A DNA stretch of 64,000 nucleotides from an uncultured Cellvibrionales bacterium (GTDB lineage Bacteria; Pseudomonadota; Gammaproteobacteria; Pseudomonadales; Porticoccaceae): NCBI GenBank assembly GCA_963969005.1, contig CAXAJC010000001.1, positions 1,477 to 65,476 of the forward strand, read 5' to 3'. The translations under genes were made by a program, and so were the position numbers. Positions 26,616-36,593 of this stretch are shown here, one piece after another. Each line of letters opens with the position of its first letter. The stretch's first letter is position 1. The notes beneath the pieces were generated by a model. The model was given only the letters and a program-made list of their open reading frames with translations, did not search any database and was not told the origin of the DNA.

Positions 26616-27203
26616 TTAAGTTTTCAATAGATTAGCGATATGGGCACGCATAACAGGCACCACCTCCGCCTCAAACCAAGGGTTTTTCTTAAGCCAGATA
26701 TTATTTCGCGGGCTGGGATGGGGCAGGGGGATATGCCCGGGCCAGTGCTGTTGCCAGTTTTCCACCAGCCTGGTGACAGTCAGATTGCTTTTGCCAAAAT
26801 GGTAGTTATGGGCATATTTTCCAATCACCAAAGTGGTTTCAACTCCCGGCAAATGACGCAGTAGCCGCGCGCGCCAGGTGATTGCACATTCGGGTCTGGG
26901 CGGCAGATCACCAGACTTGCCCGTGCCCGGATAGCAAAAACCCATGGGCACTATGGCAAATAGCTCGGGGTTATAAAACTGTTCAGGGGTTACACCCATC
27001 CAGTCGCGGAGGCGATCGCCACTGGGGTCATCGAATGGAATACCTGAAGCATGCACTCGCCGACCAGGTGCCTGACCCGCGATTAAAATTTTTGCATTGG
27101 AGTTGACCTGCAGAACCGGCCGCACGCCGTGGGGCAGATGGGGCTTGCAGATTGTGCAAGCCCGCACCTGAGTACCCAGCCCATTGAGGGACTCAGTATT
27201 CAT
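26616..27203 (-). CDS. uracil-DNA glycosylase-like protein (probable Fe-S type)
   Basis: CTIC, GQAPG, DPSGDRLRDW, GFCYPG, PPRPECA and LPHPSPRN. Confidence 0.85.
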   Translation of the reverse strand: MNTESLNGLGTQVRACTICKPHLPHGVRPVLQVNSNAKILIAGQAPGRRVHASGIPFDDPSGDRLRDWMGVTPEQFYNPELFAIVPMGFCYPGTGKSGDLPPRPECAITWRARLLRHLPGVETTLVIGKYAHNYHFGKSNLTVTRLVENWQQHWPGHIPLPHPSPRNNIWLKKNPWFEAEVVPVMRAHIANLLKT

Positions 27204-27226
27204 GGCATCCTTGCCTGAGACTTAAA

Positions 27227-27607
27227 TTACTTATCCAAGCTCCAGATACCAGCACCACGCACTGCGATAAATAAAAACGCAAAGCAGAAAAATGCCGACA
27301 GCTCACCGTTATTGAGTATTGGGAAAAAATTGTTCATACCATGGACCATCCAATAGGCCACCGCCATGGTGCCACTGCAAATAAACGCTGTCGGGCGGGT
27401 GAATAGGCCGATCATCACTAGAATGCCACCCAGGGTTTCGATGGTGCCTGCGGCGTACATCAGCGGGTTTAGCGGGTAGGGAAAGTCAGCGGGGAAGTTA
27501 AATAGCTTTTGAGTACCGTGCCAGATAAACAAAAAACCCGTGACAATGCGCAGCAACGCGTAGGCCTGATCTTCGCGGCCATCCAGCAGATTATCTAAAA
27601 ATTTCAT
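27227..27607 (-). CDS. DoxX-family membrane protein
   Basis: LLRIVTGFLFIWHGTQKLF, GLFTRPTAFICSGTMAVAY, NNGEL and GAGIWSLD. Confidence 0.9.
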   Translation of the reverse strand: MKFLDNLLDGREDQAYALLRIVTGFLFIWHGTQKLFNFPADFPYPLNPLMYAAGTIETLGGILVMIGLFTRPTAFICSGTMAVAYWMVHGMNNFFPILNNGELSAFFCFAFLFIAVRGAGIWSLDK

Positions 27608-27659
27608 TTTATTACCCCACAATTTTAGTTAGAGAGTAATTTATAGCAGAAACCGCATG

Positions 27660-28205
27660 CTATTGGACAGTTTGTTGGGTGGTTTGCGCGATAAACTTTT
27701 TCCATACCGCAATGGGCTCCCACACCTTGCTCAGGTCTTTTTTGGCCAGCTCAGGGTCCTGCTTAAGTACAGCGCAGCGGTAGCAATACACAAAGGCAGA
27801 CACACGCATATTGGCAGCACAGTGCAACCATACCTTTTGGTTGGTGTGCTCGGCCTGTTGCATCGCCTCTACAAACATCCGAAATCTGCGTTGGCTGGGG
27901 TGATAAAAATTTACCGGAATATGGCTATAAGACATAGCCAGATCAGTGACGGTTTGCTGTTCATTGGGCAGAGAGTTTTCGGCCCCATGGGGAGCCAGGT
28001 TAATCACTGTTTTAAACCCAGCGGCGGCAATGTTGGCAAATTGCTGTTCGGTAGGCTGGCCCGAAGTGGTCAACTGTTCGTTAATCGGCAGATAGTTAAA
28101 AATTCTGGTAAGGGATGGGTTGGAAAATCGAGTTGGACTGTATTTGTCAATCAGAGTAACCAGATACCCCAGCGCTGTTTTCAGGGTTTTCAGAAAACCA
28201 ATCAA
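27660..28205 (-). CDS. PTP-fold phosphatase/sulfurtransferase-like protein (DUF442/BLH-like)
   Basis: TSGQP, GFKTVINL, HIPV and active-site loop HCAANMR (Cx4R). Confidence 0.75.
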   Translation of the reverse strand: MIGFLKTLKTALGYLVTLIDKYSPTRFSNPSLTRIFNYLPINEQLTTSGQPTEQQFANIAAAGFKTVINLAPHGAENSLPNEQQTVTDLAMSYSHIPVNFYHPSQRRFRMFVEAMQQAEHTNQKVWLHCAANMRVSAFVYCYRCAVLKQDPELAKKDLSKVWEPIAVWKKFIAQTTQQTVQ

Positions 28206-28501
28206 CCGTTCGCGCCAGCCGCTCGAAGGATCCCAACATAATCCCCGCCATGCCCGTGTTCACTGGCAATCTGCACCAGTGTTTTTCCCTCTGGATTAGC
28301 CGCATCAAGATTGTGTCCGGCCTCTTTAAAAAACTGCAGAAAGGTCGCAAAGTTATCCAGGTTCATGCCGCGATAGGCTTTTTCCAGCAGATGAAAATCC
28401 CCATCCACACCAGTTGGTGGCTGGTAGTCCAAAAAGCTTTTTACGCGCTGGTCATCAAAGACTTCGCCGAGAACTTTTTGCTTATCTTTTTTCAGTGACA
28501 T
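28202..28501 (-). CDS. PA4642-family protein
   Basis: MSLKKDKQKVLGEVFDD...DFHLLEKAYRGM...FLQFF...IASEH pattern recalled for this family. Confidence 0.75.
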   Translation of the reverse strand: MSLKKDKQKVLGEVFDDQRVKSFLDYQPPTGVDGDFHLLEKAYRGMNLDNFATFLQFFKEAGHNLDAANPEGKTLVQIASEHGHGGDYVGILRAAGANG

Positions 28502-28518
28502 GTTTTTCCTTAAACGGT

Positions 28519-29979
28519 TTACAGTAGTTCATTAAGTTTTTGCGCCAGTATCTGGTTGACCTGTTGCGGGTTGGCCTGACCTTTGGAGGCTTTCATAATC
28601 TGCCCCATAAAGCCGCCGAGTTTTTTCTTGCGTTTGGCTTCGTCAGTATTGATATAGTCTTCTACCATAGCCTGGTTAGCGGCCAGTACATCTGCCACCA
28701 TCTGCTCTAGCATACCGCTATCAGATACCTGCTTTAAGCCGCGGGCTTCAATTATCTGGTCTGCATCTCCTTCGGCGGCCCATATCCCTTCAAATACTTC
28801 TTTGGCCATTTTGCCACTAATGCTGTTGTCGGCAATTCGGGTGATCAGTCCACCCAGTTGTTCTGCGCTGACCGGACTTTTGGCGATGGACAGATCTTCA
28901 TTGTTGAGTCTGGCGCTGAGTTCGCCCATGGTCCAATTGGCGGCCAGTTTTGCATTGCCGGATGTTGTAGCGGCTGTCTCGAAATAGGCTGCCATTGCAG
29001 CGTCGCTGCTCAGCACACTGGCATCGTAGTCGGACAGACTGTACTGGTCGACAAAGCGGGTACGGCGGGCATCTGGCAGTTCTGGCATATTGCGGCGCAG
29101 TTCTTCGATGGTTGCGTCGCTGACAATGACTGGCAGTAGATCCGGGCAGGGGAAGTAGCGGTAGTCGTTGGCTTCTTCTTTGCTGCGCATGGAGCGGGCG
29201 ACTTTGGTGTCGCCGTTGTACAGGCGAGTTTCCTGGATTACAGTGCCGCCATCTTCGATCAGGTCTATCTGGCGCTCGACTTCTTTGGCGATGGCCTCTT
29301 CCATAAACTTAAACGAGTTGAGGTTTTTGGTCTCGGTTCTGGTGCCTAAGGTGTCGCTGCCTCTTGGCTTAATGGAAACATTGACATCAAAGCGCATGCT
29401 GCCCTGGGACATTTCGCCATCACAGATGCCGATGGAGGTCACAATGCTATGGAGCTTGCGGGCAAAGGCCACGGCTTCTTCGGCATTGGACATATCTGGT
29501 TCGGAGACAATTTCGATCAGGGGAGTACCGGCGCGGTTGAGGTCGATCCCTGATACACCGTGGCGGAAGTTACCTTCATGGAGTGACTTGCCGGCATCTT
29601 CTTCCAGATGGGCGTGGTGAATGCGCACAGTCTTGGTACTGCCGTCGGCCAGTTCAATCTCTACATTGCCGCGCCCGACAATGGGCTTTTCCAGCTGGGT
29701 GGTCTGGTAGCCTTTGGGCAGGTCAGGGTAGAAATAATTTTTGCGTTCGAAAGCGGATTCTTTGCCAATTTCGGCGTCGATGGCTAGGCCAAACATCACA
29801 GCGTAGTGGACTGCCTGTTTGTTGAGCACAGGCAAAGTGCCGGGCATGGCCAGATCGATGGCGCAGGCCTGGATATTGGGCTCGGCACCGAATGCGGTGC
29901 TGGCGCCGGAGAATATTTTGGTTTTGGTGGCCAGCTGCACATGCACTTCCAGACCGATTACTGTATCCCAGTTACTCAT
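28519..29979 (-). CDS. gatB: Asp/Glu-tRNA amidotransferase subunit B
   Basis: [44 protein letters not shown] and YRYFPCPDL. Confidence 0.98.
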   Translation of the reverse strand: MSNWDTVIGLEVHVQLATKTKIFSGASTAFGAEPNIQACAIDLAMPGTLPVLNKQAVHYAVMFGLAIDAEIGKESAFERKNYFYPDLPKGYQTTQLEKPIVGRGNVEIELADGSTKTVRIHHAHLEEDAGKSLHEGNFRHGVSGIDLNRAGTPLIEIVSEPDMSNAEEAVAFARKLHSIVTSIGICDGEMSQGSMRFDVNVSIKPRGSDTLGTRTETKNLNSFKFMEEAIAKEVERQIDLIEDGGTVIQETRLYNGDTKVARSMRSKEEANDYRYFPCPDLLPVIVSDATIEELRRNMPELPDARRTRFVDQYSLSDYDASVLSSDAAMAAYFETAATTSGNAKLAANWTMGELSARLNNEDLSIAKSPVSAEQLGGLITRIADNSISGKMAKEVFEGIWAAEGDADQIIEARGLKQVSDSGMLEQMVADVLAANQAMVEDYINTDEAKRKKKLGGFMGQIMKASKGQANPQQVNQILAQKLNELL

Positions 29980-31430
29980 TCGATTCCCTCGGGTGCTGCC
30001 CTGTGCCAGTTGGTGGCCTGCTGGTACTGGTGGGCGACATTGAGCATGCGCGCTTCGTCAAAATAGTTGCCGATAATCTGCAGGCCCACTGGTTTGTCGT
30101 CGACCATGCCACAGGGTAATGACATGCCGGGTAGGCCAGCCAGATTGGTGGCGATGGTGTAGATATCTTCCAGGTACATGGCCACTGGATCGTCCCCTTT
30201 GGCACCAAACTTAAAGGTGGGAGACGGGCAGGTGGGGCCCATAATCACATCCACCTTTGCGAATGCTGTGGCAAAATCTTGCTGAATCAGCTGGCGCACT
30301 TGCTGGGCTTTTCCGTAGTAGGCGTCGTAGTAGCCTGCGGACAGGCAGTAGGTGCCAATCAGGATGCGGCGCTGTACTTCTTCACCAAAGCCTTCGGCTC
30401 TGGTTCTGGTGTACAGGTCCTGTAAGTCGGTTGGGTCTTCACAGCGATAGCCGTATTTAACACCGTCGAAGCGGGATAGGTTGGCTGAGGCTTCCGCTGG
30501 GGCGATAACATAGTAGGCGGGCACGGAGAGACCAGTGTTGGGCAGGCTGATATTCACCAGCTCTGCGCCCTGGGCTTCAAATTCTGCCAATGCGGCACGC
30601 ACTGCCTGTTCGGTGCCTGGGTTAAGACCTTCGGAAAAGTATTCATTGGGTACGCCGATGCGCAGGCCTTTGATACTGCTGCCTATTGTTGCGCTGTAGT
30701 CTGGCACATCCCGCTCTATGCAGGTGGAGTCTTTGTTATCAAAGCTGGCCATGCAGTTGAGCATGATGGCGCAATCTTCGGCGGTGCGGGCCATGGGGCC
30801 GCCCTGGTCCAGACTTGAGGCGAAGGCGATCATGCCCCAGCGGGATACGCGGCCATAGGTTGGTTTTAATCCGGTAATGCCGCACAGGGCTGCTGGCTGA
30901 CGAATGGAGCCGCCGGTATCTGTGGCTGTTGCGCCTGGGGCCAGTCGCGCCGCTACCGCAGCTGCGGAGCCGCCGGATGAGCCGCCGGGCACGCAGTCTG
31001 TGGCCCATGGGTTTTTAACCGGGCCGTAGAAGCTGGTTTCATTGGAGGAGCCCATGGCGAACTCGTCCATATTGGTTTTGCCCAGTACCACGGCCCCAGC
31101 CTGTTCGAAGTTTTCCACCACTGTGGCGTTGTAGGGTGGCACAAAGTTGTCGAGCATTTTGGAGCCACAGCTGGTACGCACCCCATTGGTGCAAAAGATA
31201 TCTTTATGCAGTATGGGTACGCCGCAGAGTGCGGGCGCATTGCCAGCGGCCAGGCGCTGATCGGCTGTGGCTGCGGCTTGCAGAGCTTGATCAGCGGTTA
31301 CGGTGATCACGGCGTTGTAGTTGGGGTCGAGTTTGGCAATACGTGCCAAAAAGTGCTGAGTCAGCTCAACACTGGAGAACTCTTTGCTTTGCAGCCCACG
31401 GATAAGCTCGGCAATGGTGAGGTTATGCAT
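29976..31430 (-). CDS. gatA: Asp/Glu-tRNA amidotransferase subunit A
   Basis: Amidase signature [24 protein letters not shown] and [10 protein letters not shown]. Confidence 0.98.
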   Translation of the reverse strand: MHNLTIAELIRGLQSKEFSSVELTQHFLARIAKLDPNYNAVITVTADQALQAAATADQRLAAGNAPALCGVPILHKDIFCTNGVRTSCGSKMLDNFVPPYNATVVENFEQAGAVVLGKTNMDEFAMGSSNETSFYGPVKNPWATDCVPGGSSGGSAAAVAARLAPGATATDTGGSIRQPAALCGITGLKPTYGRVSRWGMIAFASSLDQGGPMARTAEDCAIMLNCMASFDNKDSTCIERDVPDYSATIGSSIKGLRIGVPNEYFSEGLNPGTEQAVRAALAEFEAQGAELVNISLPNTGLSVPAYYVIAPAEASANLSRFDGVKYGYRCEDPTDLQDLYTRTRAEGFGEEVQRRILIGTYCLSAGYYDAYYGKAQQVRQLIQQDFATAFAKVDVIMGPTCPSPTFKFGAKGDDPVAMYLEDIYTIATNLAGLPGMSLPCGMVDDKPVGLQIIGNYFDEARMLNVAHQYQQATNWHRAAPEGIE

Positions 31431-31444
31431 ATGTTGGGTCGCTT

Positions 31445-31732
31445 TTATTCGATGACTTTAGGCACTAGAAACAGGCCATCTTCGGTATCGGGCGCTGTGG
31501 ATTGCAATGCTTCCCGTTGATTGAGTTCGTTGACTTCGTCATCGCGCAGGCGCTGAGTGGCTTGCATGGGGTGCGACATAGGGTCTACACCGCTGGTATC
31601 GACGGCCTGAAGTTGGTCGACCAGCTCTAATACGCTGCCGAGGCGCTCGCTTACTTGATTGATGGTGCTGTCGTCGATGGCGATGCGTGCCAAGGTCGCC
31701 AGCTTTTCAATTTCATGCCGTTCTATGCTCAT
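31445..31732 (-). CDS. gatC: Asp/Glu-tRNA amidotransferase subunit C
   Basis: [10 protein letters not shown]...LRDDEV...FLVPKVIE, directly upstream of gatA. Confidence 0.96.
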   Translation of the reverse strand: MSIERHEIEKLATLARIAIDDSTINQVSERLGSVLELVDQLQAVDTSGVDPMSHPMQATQRLRDDEVNELNQREALQSTAPDTEDGLFLVPKVIE

Positions 31733-32000
31733 TTTAGGGTCTCTGGGTTGGCTGAAATCCGGAACTTTCCGGCGGATCGAATATTACAACAATTAGGTGG
31801 CTTAGGTTAGGGGTTTAGGGCGCTAAAATACGCTATTTTCGGTGTTTTTGGCTGTTTTTGGATTGTTTTCTCCCTGAATTAAAAGAGTAGTAGGAAGTTT
31901 TGTTCAAGATCAGCTAGAATTCGCTCCAACGTTGCTAAAGCCGTGCTTTGAACGGCCGATAGACTGTTTGGTGACGATTTTTTTCTAACGCTAATTTTAA

Positions 32001-33086
<1,086 letters not shown>

Positions 33087-33132
33087 AAATAGGGCAGTTT
33101 CAGCTTGAATAGTAGGTTTCTGGATTGGGCTT

Positions 33133-33981
33133 ATGAAAAATGTGTTTGCCAAGTCGTCCTCTCCTCTGCGCAAGATATTTCTTGTTAGCCTCGTTGCCTT
33201 CGGATTAATGGCCCTGGATAACAGCACCTCTTGGCTGTCTCCCCTTTACCGGGTCGCAGACAGTGTGGTGCGACCCATCTACTGGATTACCAATATCCCC
33301 GCCCGCGTTCAGGAATGGGGCGAGGTCAATGTCACGTCTCGCACTGTTATCGAGCAGGAAAATGTGCGCCTCAAACAAGAGAGTCTTATTCATCTGGGTC
33401 AGCTGCAGCGTATGGCGGAGCTGGCGGCGGAAAACTTGCGTCTGCGCCAGTTGCTCAATGCCACTGAGCTGTTGATGGACAGTGTGCTGGTGACTGAGGT
33501 GATTGGTGTGTCCCCCAGTCCCCAGAGCCATACGGTTACTGTGGATCGGGGTAGCGACGATGGTGTCTATGTGGGCCAGCCTATTCTCGATGCTGATGGG
33601 CTGATGGGGCAGATTATTTCTGTTTATGGTGGCCATAGTGTGGCGCTGTTGATCACCGATAGTACCCATGCGCTACCTGTGCAGGTGCTGCGCAATGGAG
33701 TGCGCTCGATTGCTGAGGGCACCTCTGACTACAATCGTATGACCCTGAAATTTGTCTCGCCAACTTCAGATATTGTTGAGGGCGATCAGCTGGTGAGTTC
33801 TGGTCTGGGTGGGCGTTTTCCCGTCGGTTATCCGGTGGGCACTGTGATCAGTATCAGTCAGAAGCCCGGGGACACATTTGTGCATGTTGAAGTGGACCCG
33901 TCGGCGCAGCTCGACCGCAGCCGCCACCTGCTCTTGGTATTTACCTCCATAGATGGCTCGCCTGACAGGAATAGCCGTTGA
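33133..33981 (+). CDS. mreC: rod shape-determining protein MreC
   Basis: N-terminal TM, coiled coil ENLRLRQLL, and SGLGGRFPVGYPVG. Confidence 0.95.
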   Translation: MKNVFAKSSSPLRKIFLVSLVAFGLMALDNSTSWLSPLYRVADSVVRPIYWITNIPARVQEWGEVNVTSRTVIEQENVRLKQESLIHLGQLQRMAELAAENLRLRQLLNATELLMDSVLVTEVIGVSPSPQSHTVTVDRGSDDGVYVGQPILDADGLMGQIISVYGGHSVALLITDSTHALPVQVLRNGVRSIAEGTSDYNRMTLKFVSPTSDIVEGDQLVSSGLGGRFPVGYPVGTVISISQKPGDTFVHVEVDPSAQLDRSRHLLLVFTSIDGSPDRNSR

Positions 33982-34454
33982 ATCCGGTCAGCTTAACAGG
34001 CCCAGTGACTTTCTCACTGATAATCGCGGTTATTTTGCAGCTGATTCCTGTGTCCGGTGACTGGATTCTGTGGCGTCCCAACTTTCTGATGTTGATGATG
34101 ATTGCCTGGATACTCTACCAGCCGAGCCGCTTCGGTATTGTTTTTGCGGCACTGGTCGGGCTTTTGGCCGATACGCTGTTCCGCACAGCTCTGGGGCACT
34201 ATGTGCTGGTGTTTGCGCTCTGTGGAGCTGTGGCTTATTTGTTGAGCCGCTGGCTTACGTATTTTTCATATTTCCATCGTGCTATTTTGATTTTTCTGTT
34301 GGTGGTTTTTTCCGAGTTAGTTCAGTCGTTGTTGTTCTCGATCTGGGATGTGCCCATGGGCTTGAAGCATGTGCCTGTTTTGGGCTTTGTCAGTGCGATA
34401 GTCTGGTTGCTGGTGGACAAATTTGTCGCTAGTCTAAACTTTATGTACCGATAG
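33978..34454 (+). CDS. mreD: rod shape-determining protein MreD
   Basis: Hydrophobic, WRPNFLMLMMIAW and GLLADTL; follows mreC. Confidence 0.9.
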   Translation: MNPVSLTGPVTFSLIIAVILQLIPVSGDWILWRPNFLMLMMIAWILYQPSRFGIVFAALVGLLADTLFRTALGHYVLVFALCGAVAYLLSRWLTYFSYFHRAILIFLLVVFSELVQSLLFSIWDVPMGLKHVPVLGFVSAIVWLLVDKFVASLNFMYR

Positions 34455-34482
34455 TGGTTTAGCAGCCTACTAAGGAATTATT

Positions 34483-35076
34483 TTGTCAGACCAGAATCTT
34501 ATTCTTGCCTCAGCATCACCCCGTCGGGCTGAGTTATTGACCCAGATTGGGGTTAGATTTGTGGTGGCTCCGGCAGATATTGATGAGAGTCAACGGGGAG
34601 CAGAGTCGCCCGTTGATTATGTAACCCGAATGGCTGTTGAAAAAGCTGCTGCTGGTTGCATAGACCAGCAGTTAGGTTTGCCTGTTTTAGGGGCTGACAC
34701 TGCGGTGGTTTGTGATGGTCAGGTTTTTGGTAAACCGACTGATCGCGGTGATGCTCAGGCTATGCTGTTGGCGCTGGCGGGCAAAACCCATACTGTATTG
34801 TCAGCTGTGGCGATGGATAATGGCACTGACAGGCAGGTTCTGTTGTCAGAAACCAGAGTGACATTTCGTAGTGTCTCTGCTGATGAATGTTCCAGGTATT
34901 GGTTGACTGGAGAACCATTGGGTAAAGCCGGTGGCTATGCCATTCAGGGGCTGGGTGCAGTTTTTGTTGCTCATCTTGAAGGTAGCTATACCGGGGTGGT
35001 GGGGTTGCCAATTGCCGAGACTGAAACATTGCTTCAGCGGTTTGCTGTTCCAGTTTGGCAGAGCATTACTGACTAA
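34483..35076 (+). CDS. yhdE: Maf-family nucleoside triphosphate pyrophosphatase (YhdE)
   Basis: LILASASPRR, LGADT, FGKP and GKAGGYAIQG. Confidence 0.93.
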   Translation: MSDQNLILASASPRRAELLTQIGVRFVVAPADIDESQRGAESPVDYVTRMAVEKAAAGCIDQQLGLPVLGADTAVVCDGQVFGKPTDRGDAQAMLLALAGKTHTVLSAVAMDNGTDRQVLLSETRVTFRSVSADECSRYWLTGEPLGKAGGYAIQGLGAVFVAHLEGSYTGVVGLPIAETETLLQRFAVPVWQSITD

Positions 35077-35126
35077 GTGCCATAATTAAAAAAATCAGTT
35101 ATTCGTTTATCTTTTGCGGAAATAGT

Positions 35127-36590
35127 ATGAGCCGAGAAATTCTTATCAATATTACGCCGATGGAAACCCGCGTAGCCTTGGTGGAAAATGGCGTGCCGCA
35201 AGAAATTTCTATTGAGCGCAATCAAAAGCGTGGTCTGGTAGGCAATATCTACAAGGCTATAGTGGTGCGTGTGCTGCCCGGCATGCAGGCGGCTTTTCTG
35301 GATATAGGTGAAGAGCGCACGGCATTTTTGCATGTGGACGATCTGTATCATCTGGATGCAGAGTCGGGACAAAAGGCGGATATTCAGCAACTATTGCGCA
35401 CTGGCCAGCAGATTCTGGTGCAGGTGATCAAGGATGCTATCAGCAGCAAAGGCGCGCGCCTGACCGCACAACTTTCTCTGGCTTCCCGCTATCTGGTGTA
35501 TATGAATGGCAATGACCATATAGGGCTGTCCCAGCGCATTGAAGATGAGCAGGAGCGCGAGCGTCTAAAGGAAATTATTGAGACGACCACCGCAGAGAGC
35601 GGACTGGGTGAGAGCGGTGGCTTTATTGTGCGCACTGCTGCAGATGCTGTTGAGGCCGGTGCATTGCAATCAGATATGCGCTACCTGCACAGGCTATGGC
35701 TGCATATTGAGTCATCTAAATCTGAGGCCAAAGCGCCCTCCTGTATCCATGAAGAGTTGCCTCTGTATAAGCGTGCACTGCGCGATATGGCCAGCGATGA
35801 GGTGGAAAAGATACTGGTGGATTCTCGCGAGGTGTTGGACAAACTGAGGTCTTTTGCCAACAAATTCAGTCCGGAAATGGCTAATCTGATTGAGCATTAT
35901 CCCGGTGAGCGTCCGCTGTTTTACCTTCATGGTATAGAGGACGAAATTGCCAAGGCACTGCACCGGTCTGTGCCCTTAAAGTCCGGCGGCCATCTGGTGA
36001 TTGATCAGACTGAGGCCATGACCACTGTGGATGTTAATACCGGAGGCTTTGTCGGTCATCGCAATCTTGAGGAAACCATTTACAAAACCAACTTGGAAGC
36101 CGCAGTGGCTGTGGCGCGACAGCTGCGCATGCGCAATCTGGGTGGCATTATTATTGTTGATTTTATTGATATGCAGAGCGCTGAACATCGTCGCCAGGTG
36201 TTGCGCAGCTTTGAAAAAGCCCTGGGTCGTGACCGTGCCAAAACAGCAATTTCCGGTGTTACCGAGCTGGGTCTAGTGCAGGTGACTCGCAAGCGCACCA
36301 GTGAAAGTCTGGGTCAGGTGCTCTGTGAAGGTTGTCCAACCTGCGATGGTCGCGGGTCGATCAAGTCGGCGGAGACCGTTGGCTATGAGGTGCTGCGGGA
36401 GATACTGCGGGTTGCCCGCGCCTATGAATGCGAGCAGTTGCGTGTGTTGGCCTGTCATGCGGTCATTGAGCGCCTGCTGGATGAAGATTCAGCTCAGGTG
36501 GCCGATCTGGAGGCCTTTATTGGCTGTACCATTCAGTTTCGTGCGGAGAGCCTTTTTGCCCGCGACCAGTTCGATATTATTCCGGTCTAA
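35127..36590 (+). CDS. rng: ribonuclease G
   Basis: GNIYK, PGMQAAF, LKSGGHLVIDQTEAMTTVDVNTG and GGIIIVDFIDM. Confidence 0.97.
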   Translation: MSREILINITPMETRVALVENGVPQEISIERNQKRGLVGNIYKAIVVRVLPGMQAAFLDIGEERTAFLHVDDLYHLDAESGQKADIQQLLRTGQQILVQVIKDAISSKGARLTAQLSLASRYLVYMNGNDHIGLSQRIEDEQERERLKEIIETTTAESGLGESGGFIVRTAADAVEAGALQSDMRYLHRLWLHIESSKSEAKAPSCIHEELPLYKRALRDMASDEVEKILVDSREVLDKLRSFANKFSPEMANLIEHYPGERPLFYLHGIEDEIAKALHRSVPLKSGGHLVIDQTEAMTTVDVNTGGFVGHRNLEETIYKTNLEAAVAVARQLRMRNLGGIIIVDFIDMQSAEHRRQVLRSFEKALGRDRAKTAISGVTELGLVQVTRKRTSESLGQVLCEGCPTCDGRGSIKSAETVGYEVLREILRVARAYECEQLRVLACHAVIERLLDEDSAQVADLEAFIGCTIQFRAESLFARDQFDIIPV

Positions 36591-36593
36591 GCT

